From the IMG/VR virus record IMGVR_UViG_3300047479_000092, positions 1-29,680 of that record: 29,680 nt of DNA; one strand, given 5' to 3'. Of this stretch, positions 24,832 through 29,680 are shown piece after piece. Every line of letters begins with the position of its first letter. The stretch's first letter is position 1. A program made the translations under genes and the position numbers. The DNA is from a virus. Its lineage: Duplodnaviria > Caudoviricetes. The notes under the pieces were generated by a model that saw nothing but the letters and a program-made list of their open reading frames with translations, made no database searches and had not been told where the DNA came from.

Positions 24832-26865
24832 TCACGGCGTCAGCGCGTCGTCCATCACCGAGAAGGCACCCGGCTGACGGCAGGCCCAGTCGATGAACTG
24901 GTTGAGCGTGATGCGGATCTGGCCGGTGCTGGCCAGGGTGTAGGGGTCGACCGTGATATCCAGGCCGCCGAACAGGCCGAGCACAAACATGGACCAGTCG
25001 CTGCTGAACACCACCGAAGAGCACACGCCCGAGCTGGTGCCCTTGGTCAGGTTGCTCGGCACGTTGTTGGTGACGCCCGCGCGGTAGCCGTTGAGCGGGG
25101 TGCCGGTGTTGTCCCAGATGAAAGGCAGGTTGGGGGCCTTCTGGGTGTTCTTGGCGGTGTTCACCGCCTTGGTGTTGACCAGGTAGCCGGCGCGGTCGGT
25201 CGACGCTGAGTTGGCGTTGGCCACCGCGGCCTCCAGGCCGGTGACGTGCGACCAGGCCAGGGCCAGGCCGTTGGTGCCGCCCACGACCGAGCCCACACCG
25301 CTGACGTTGCGGATGCCGCGGGCGTTGGGGCTGGTGCCCGAGCCGTTGATGCCCTGGTTCTCGATGAGCACCGCGGCGCCGCTGAGCAGGTCATCGCGGA
25401 TCATGGCTTCGATGCCGACCTCGCTCTGGATGATGGCCTGCTTGCTCGGCTCCACAAAGGCCGAGATGCGCTTGGGCGACATCGTGACCTGGGTGGTGTT
25501 GGGCTGGGTCTCGGCGGCAGCCGCCACTTCGGTCAGCATGGCCAGCGTGCCGGCCACGCTCTTGCGCGGGATGAGCAGGTTGCTGCGCAGGCCAGGCAGG
25601 ATGGTGATGCCCATGCGGCCCATGACCAGGGCCGGGCGCAGCACGTCGGTGAACAGCTGGCCCGCGACGTCGGTCTGCACCAGGTTGCCGGCTTCGGTCG
25701 AGGTGCCGACGGTGAAGTCGCGTCGGCCGGTGCCGTCGGCCTGGCCGGCGCTGATGGTGCGGCCGGCGAAGATGTCGCTGGGGATGAAGATGCCTTCGGC
25801 CTCGCGGCCGACCTGCTGGGCGATGGCGCGCGACAGTTCGCGCTCGATGCCGGCGTCGACGTTGGCACCGGGGATCATGGCCTGCAGGGCGCGCATGAAG
25901 CTGTACTTGGCGACTTCCTTGCGCGAGACGCCCAGGGCGGCCGTGGTGGTCACATCGGTGGCGCCGGACTGCATGCGCTGCAGGATCAGTTCCTGGAACT
26001 TGAACGCATCGGCGCCGTCGGCGATGGCCTTGGCCATGTCGGCAGGCTTGATGAAGGCCGAGTAGGCCTCGGCCAGGCGGCCGATGGTGGCGACGTTGTC
26101 GCGGTAGGTCTGGTCGCCGGTCTTTTCGGTGGTGGGGGTGGTCATCATGGGCTCCGGGGTTTTCGGGGTAGCGGGAGTGCGGCCTGTGGGCGCCGGGGCG
26201 CTGCGGCCAATGCCGACGGTCATGTCGGCAGGGATGGCGACCAGGCTGCACTCAAGCGGCATCCAGTCGGTGACGCGGTAGGTCTTGACATCGCCCTCTT
26301 GCTTCACAAGCTCAAGTTCGCGGATCTCGTACCCGACGCTGACGTTGACGCGCACGGCGTCCATGGCGTCCTGCATTTCCTGTTCGGCGTCGTCGCTCTT
26401 ACCAAAGCGCACGACAGCGCGGCCTTTCCGGCCCCGGTCGATCCAGGCGCGTGTGATGACGCCAATCTGCTCACACGCATCGTGGTCGCTCAGGAACGGA
26501 GCCCGCCCTGAAGCCATCCACGACATGTCCACTTCGCTGGCCGCGTGGCCCAGCACTTCGATGCCCCACCAGCGTTCATAGGGCGCTTCGCTGCTGAAGC
26601 TGAGTTCGCATTCGCGGGTCTCGGGGTCGACGCTGCCGGCGCGCAGGCCGATGCTGACGAAGTCGACCAGCGGCGGCAGCGCATCGGTACGCGAGCCGGC
26701 TGCAGCCTCGCTGCCCGCAGGCGCTGCACCCGGTGCGCGGCCGACGACATCGGCCACGCGCAGGCGCTGGCCCACGGTCATGCCGGCCAGGGCGGCGGCC
26801 AGTTCGGCGCGGCCGGCCGCATCGGCGCGCGACCAGTGGCGTTGGGCGTTGAGAAGGTGGCTCAT
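24832..26865 (-). CDS. Prohead protease-major capsid fusion (HK97 fold)
   Basis: FSSEAPYERWWGIEVLGH, FLSDHD, VSVGY and ECSLVAIPAD protease motifs, followed by a capsid domain. Confidence 0.93.
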   Translation of the reverse strand: MSHLLNAQRHWSRADAAGRAELAAALAGMTVGQRLRVADVVGRAPGAAPAGSEAAAGSRTDALPPLVDFVSIGLRAGSVDPETRECELSFSSEAPYERWWGIEVLGHAASEVDMSWMASGRAPFLSDHDACEQIGVITRAWIDRGRKGRAVVRFGKSDDAEQEMQDAMDAVRVNVSVGYEIRELELVKQEGDVKTYRVTDWMPLECSLVAIPADMTVGIGRSAPAPTGRTPATPKTPEPMMTTPTTEKTGDQTYRDNVATIGRLAEAYSAFIKPADMAKAIADGADAFKFQELILQRMQSGATDVTTTAALGVSRKEVAKYSFMRALQAMIPGANVDAGIERELSRAIAQQVGREAEGIFIPSDIFAGRTISAGQADGTGRRDFTVGTSTEAGNLVQTDVAGQLFTDVLRPALVMGRMGITILPGLRSNLLIPRKSVAGTLAMLTEVAAAAETQPNTTQVTMSPKRISAFVEPSKQAIIQSEVGIEAMIRDDLLSGAAVLIENQGINGSGTSPNARGIRNVSGVGSVVGGTNGLALAWSHVTGLEAAVANANSASTDRAGYLVNTKAVNTAKNTQKAPNLPFIWDNTGTPLNGYRAGVTNNVPSNLTKGTSSGVCSSVVFSSDWSMFVLGLFGGLDITVDPYTLASTGQIRITLNQFIDWACRQPGAFSVMDDALTP

Positions 26866-28565
26866 GCGGCGGCTTTCGGCGCAGGCGCTGCAGCATTAGG
26901 TGCAGGCGTCTGCAAGGCGTAGGGGTCGGGCAGGCCGAGTTCGAGGCAGCGGGCGCGGAAGCGCTGCTTGTCGAGCAGCACGTCATCGAGATCGATGCCT
27001 TGCTCGTCGGTGACCTGGCGCTCGCTGCGCAGGTTGCTGGCGATGGCCAGGGCGCTGGCCTTGATATCGGCCTCGGGGTCGACCCAGGCCCAGCCACGCG
27101 GCTGGAAGCTGGCGGCCTGGGCGAACTTGTCGAAGCGCTCGGCCGGCAGCGGCTTGCCGCTGGGCAGGGTGATGCTGCGGGTGAGCAGGGCCATGCGCAG
27201 CCATTCGAGAAAGACCGGGCGCACGAAGGCGTCGATGAACCAGGCCTGCAGGCCGCGCCAGTGCTCACGCTCGGCCAGTTCGGCGATGCGGGCGGAGCTG
27301 TAGTTCACGCCGGTCATGTCGCCGGTGAGGTTGTGGTGCGCCACGTTCAGGCCGGCGGCGATGCCGCGCAGGCAGGTGGTGACGAACTGGCCGAAGTTCT
27401 GGTGCGGGTAGTCGGGGTTGAAGCTCTCGAACGAGACGCCGGGCGGCAGGGCTTCGAGCATGCCGGCCTCGACGTCCTGCACGAGCTGGCCGGTGGCGTC
27501 TTCGTACTCATCGAACGTGGGGGACTCGCCGCCGGGCGCGTCCTTGTCGGTGAGGTAGAAGCCCATCTTGGACGCGCCGATCTTGGCGGCAACGACGGCA
27601 TAGCCTTCATAGCTGTCGAGCACGTTGGCGCGGCGCAGGATGGCGGCCGTCCAGGGGTAGCCGCGCACCTGCTCAGGCCGCTCGCCCACGAATTCGTGGA
27701 ACACATCGGCGATGTCGACCCGCTCGGCCATGGGCTTGGGGGCCAGGCCGATGGCGGCGTCGCCCGGGTGGGCGCTGTAGAGGTGCACGGCCTGCTTGCG
27801 GCCGAGCAGGTCGATCTCGACGCCCAGGCGCACGTGGTTGCCGGCGTTGACCGCGCCGAGCGCGCCGTTGCCGGTGTAGATGCGGTCGACGTCGAGCACC
27901 TGCAGGGCGTAGCCGTAGGGCAGGCTGGTGTTGCGGATGCGGCGCACCAGGAACTCGCCATCGCGGGCCGCGCCGGCCACCAGGGTGCGGCACAGCGCAG
28001 CGAAGCTGTACTGGCCGGTGATGTCGCAGCGGCCGCGCTCGCACCAGCGCATCCAGTGGTCTTCGATGGCCTGGTTGGCGATGGTGTCGAGCGAGGCATT
28101 GGCGTCGCTGAGGGTGGCGCGCACCTGCAGGCGGGGCGGCTTGCTGCCGATGATGTTGTCTTTCACCAGCTGGCCGTAGCGCCGGCCGATGTCGGTGTTG
28201 ACGAAGAAGTCGCGGCTGCGGGCGCGCAGTGTGGGCAGCGCGCGTTCCAGGTCGGCGTTGATACCGGTGTTGATGCTGGTCCAGCCGGCGGCGAAGCGGT
28301 CGGTATCGGCCGCGGTGAAGGCGCGGTCGCCGCTGACGACCTTGAAGGCCGGCTCGGGCAGCGCTGCGGCCATGGGCCTGGCCGGGCTGCGGCGCGGGCC
28401 CATGCGCCCGGCATGGCCACGCATGGCAGCCATGGCCTGGTGCAAGGCCTGCTGTTCGGCCGCGACGGCGCGCTGGCGTTCGCGCTCGGCCTTCCAGTGG
28501 GTGAGGATCGAGCTGCCGGCGACCAGGGGCTGGCCGTCGCGCTGCAGTTGGCTGGCGCGCTGCAT
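26862..28565 (-). CDS. Portal protein, lambda family
   Basis: LRARSRD, RDGEFLV, RPEQVRGYPW, GDMTGVNYSSAR, GWAWVDP. Confidence 0.95.
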   Translation of the reverse strand: MQRASQLQRDGQPLVAGSSILTHWKAERERQRAVAAEQQALHQAMAAMRGHAGRMGPRRSPARPMAAALPEPAFKVVSGDRAFTAADTDRFAAGWTSINTGINADLERALPTLRARSRDFFVNTDIGRRYGQLVKDNIIGSKPPRLQVRATLSDANASLDTIANQAIEDHWMRWCERGRCDITGQYSFAALCRTLVAGAARDGEFLVRRIRNTSLPYGYALQVLDVDRIYTGNGALGAVNAGNHVRLGVEIDLLGRKQAVHLYSAHPGDAAIGLAPKPMAERVDIADVFHEFVGERPEQVRGYPWTAAILRRANVLDSYEGYAVVAAKIGASKMGFYLTDKDAPGGESPTFDEYEDATGQLVQDVEAGMLEALPPGVSFESFNPDYPHQNFGQFVTTCLRGIAAGLNVAHHNLTGDMTGVNYSSARIAELAEREHWRGLQAWFIDAFVRPVFLEWLRMALLTRSITLPSGKPLPAERFDKFAQAASFQPRGWAWVDPEADIKASALAIASNLRSERQVTDEQGIDLDDVLLDKQRFRARCLELGLPDPYALQTPAPNAAAPAPKAAA

Positions 28566-29107
28566 CAGCGGATCCTCACGGCGATGAGGCGGCTGCTGCC
28601 GGTCTTGTCGGCGATGCCGGCGGCGCGGCGTTCCTGGCCCACCTGGGTGAGCAGCAGGCTGCGCAGCTTGACCAGTTCGGGGATGCTGTAGGAGCGCACC
28701 TCGCGGTCGTTGATGCGGTAGAGCATGACGGCGTTGGTGGCCTTGCCCTTGAGCATGGCGTTGACAGCGTCCAGGGCGGCTTCGGCCTCGCTGCGCGTAT
28801 CGGTGCCGGCAGCGAGCGTGCGCGGATCCGGGGCGATGGTGATCTGGCCGCTTTCGAGGGTGTAGACCTCGCCAGCCTTCTCGACCCAGCTGGACCAGCC
28901 GTATTGACCTGCAGCCCAGGCAGCCGTGGTGGTGGATGTGGCCTGGGTTCGGTGGTCATCGCCTTCGGCAGTACTGCTGAGCGTGACGGCTGTACCCGCT
29001 GTGCGCGGTACCAGGCGGAACTTCAGTACCCAGCCCGATGACGCGGGGTAGTCCGCCACCGTGGTGAGGAAGTTGAGGGTGTCGCCTGCGACGAGCCGGG
29101 TTTGCAT
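28565..29107 (-). CDS. Head-tail adaptor (gpW-like C-terminus)
   Basis: AGDTLNF...YPASSGWVL; YRINDREVRSYSIPELVKLR; immediately before the portal. Confidence 0.75.
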   Translation of the reverse strand: MQTRLVAGDTLNFLTTVADYPASSGWVLKFRLVPRTAGTAVTLSSTAEGDDHRTQATSTTTAAWAAGQYGWSSWVEKAGEVYTLESGQITIAPDPRTLAAGTDTRSEAEAALDAVNAMLKGKATNAVMLYRINDREVRSYSIPELVKLRSLLLTQVGQERRAAGIADKTGSSRLIAVRIR

Positions 29108-29134
29108 GGGGGCCGACTGTGGTCGGCACACACC

Positions 29135-29159
29135 GGACATTTCTAGGGGAAAAATGTCC
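29135..29159. promoter_or_regulatory. Inverted repeat upstream of head genes; putative late-activator site
   Basis: GGACATTT-N9-AAATGTCC, 27 bp upstream of ATG 29107. Confidence 0.5.
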
Positions 29160-29680
29160 TATGCAAACGGGCCGCCGATGCGCCGCAGTGGCGCCGATGT
29201 AACAGCCTGACCCAGGCGGCCCGCCGGGCCGGCCGGTAGCGGTTGGCCGACGCGCTCTTCGATGGCCGCCTGGTCGGACTGGCCCAGCTGCGCTGGCAGC
29301 GCTGCTTGCACCGACTGGCCGATGCGCGACTGCCCTGCAGCGGTGAAGGCACCTTCGACCACGATGCCGCCGGTGGCTACCGACAACACTGCGTTGATCG
29401 ATGCAGACGCCTGGCCGGCGATGTCGACATGCCCGGCAGCCGCTTGCGTGACCGCCCCGAGCGGCGCAGAGGCTGCCCCCTGAACCTTGACGGTTGCCGC
29501 GGCTGCAGAGGTGACGGCTGCCAGCGTGACACTGCTTTGGCCGATGACAGGCGGTGTGCCGACGACCCCGGTGGCCACCTGCTGCACGGCGCCCAGCGTG
29601 GTGCCGGCGCCAGCGCCGACGATGGCCACTGTGCCGGCTGCGGCCTGCGTGATGGCCGTGACAGTCGCTGCAGCCGGCAC
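29159..29680 (-). CDS. C-terminus of an Ala/Gly/Thr/Val-rich repetitive protein (partial)
   Basis: Repeats such as TLGAVQQVATG, TLAAVTSAAAA, PLGAVTQAAAG; open to the window end. Confidence 0.65.
   Translation of the reverse strand: MPAAATVTAITQAAAGTVAIVGAGAGTTLGAVQQVATGVVGTPPVIGQSSVTLAAVTSAAAATVKVQGAASAPLGAVTQAAAGHVDIAGQASASINAVLSVATGGIVVEGAFTAAGQSRIGQSVQAALPAQLGQSDQAAIEERVGQPLPAGPAGRLGQAVTSAPLRRIGGPFA

Larger units (their letters stand above)
1..29680. mobile_element. Lambdoid temperate phage genome segment in unintegrated (attP) configuration
   Basis: Portal, capsid, tail tube, tape measure, integrase, cI/cro switch and early operon in lambda-like order; phage genes on both sides of the att core; no host genes seen. 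Confidence 0.92.

Noticed and set aside
27000-28691. 563-aa plus-strand ORF
   Set aside because: Antisense shadow of the portal gene

Overview
The whole window is a GC-rich temperate phage genome segment with lambda-like organisation; a Betaproteobacterial host is inferred. Read on the minus strand it runs: head (adaptor, lambda-family portal, protease-capsid fusion), tail (tube, G/GT chaperones, tape measure, tail spike), holin-like genes, an intact attP, a frameshifted tyrosine integrase, the early-left operon (AlpA/Xis, ParB, dNMP kinase), PL, cI, cro and early-right genes. Four things stand out. (1) An integron-like module without IntI sits at the distal end of the early operon: an attI-like site plus two complete attC cassettes. 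The attC sites face one way, while the phage-type cassette genes face the other way, co-oriented with the phage operon. (2) The attP core encodes HTPMMQQ, the conserved MutS N-terminal motif, with a phage-supplied replacement start, so the phage probably integrates into the 5' end of mutS. (3) A 3.3-kb terminal remnant of a Mu-like transposable phage (TG end, mor, gemA, truncated DUF3164) lies between cI and PL and carries two small proteins resembling anti-defence nucleotide sponges. (4) Direct repeats occur at gene junctions in the early operon. Terminase, replication genes and endolysin are not visible in the window. Family assignments are from motif recognition, not database searches.
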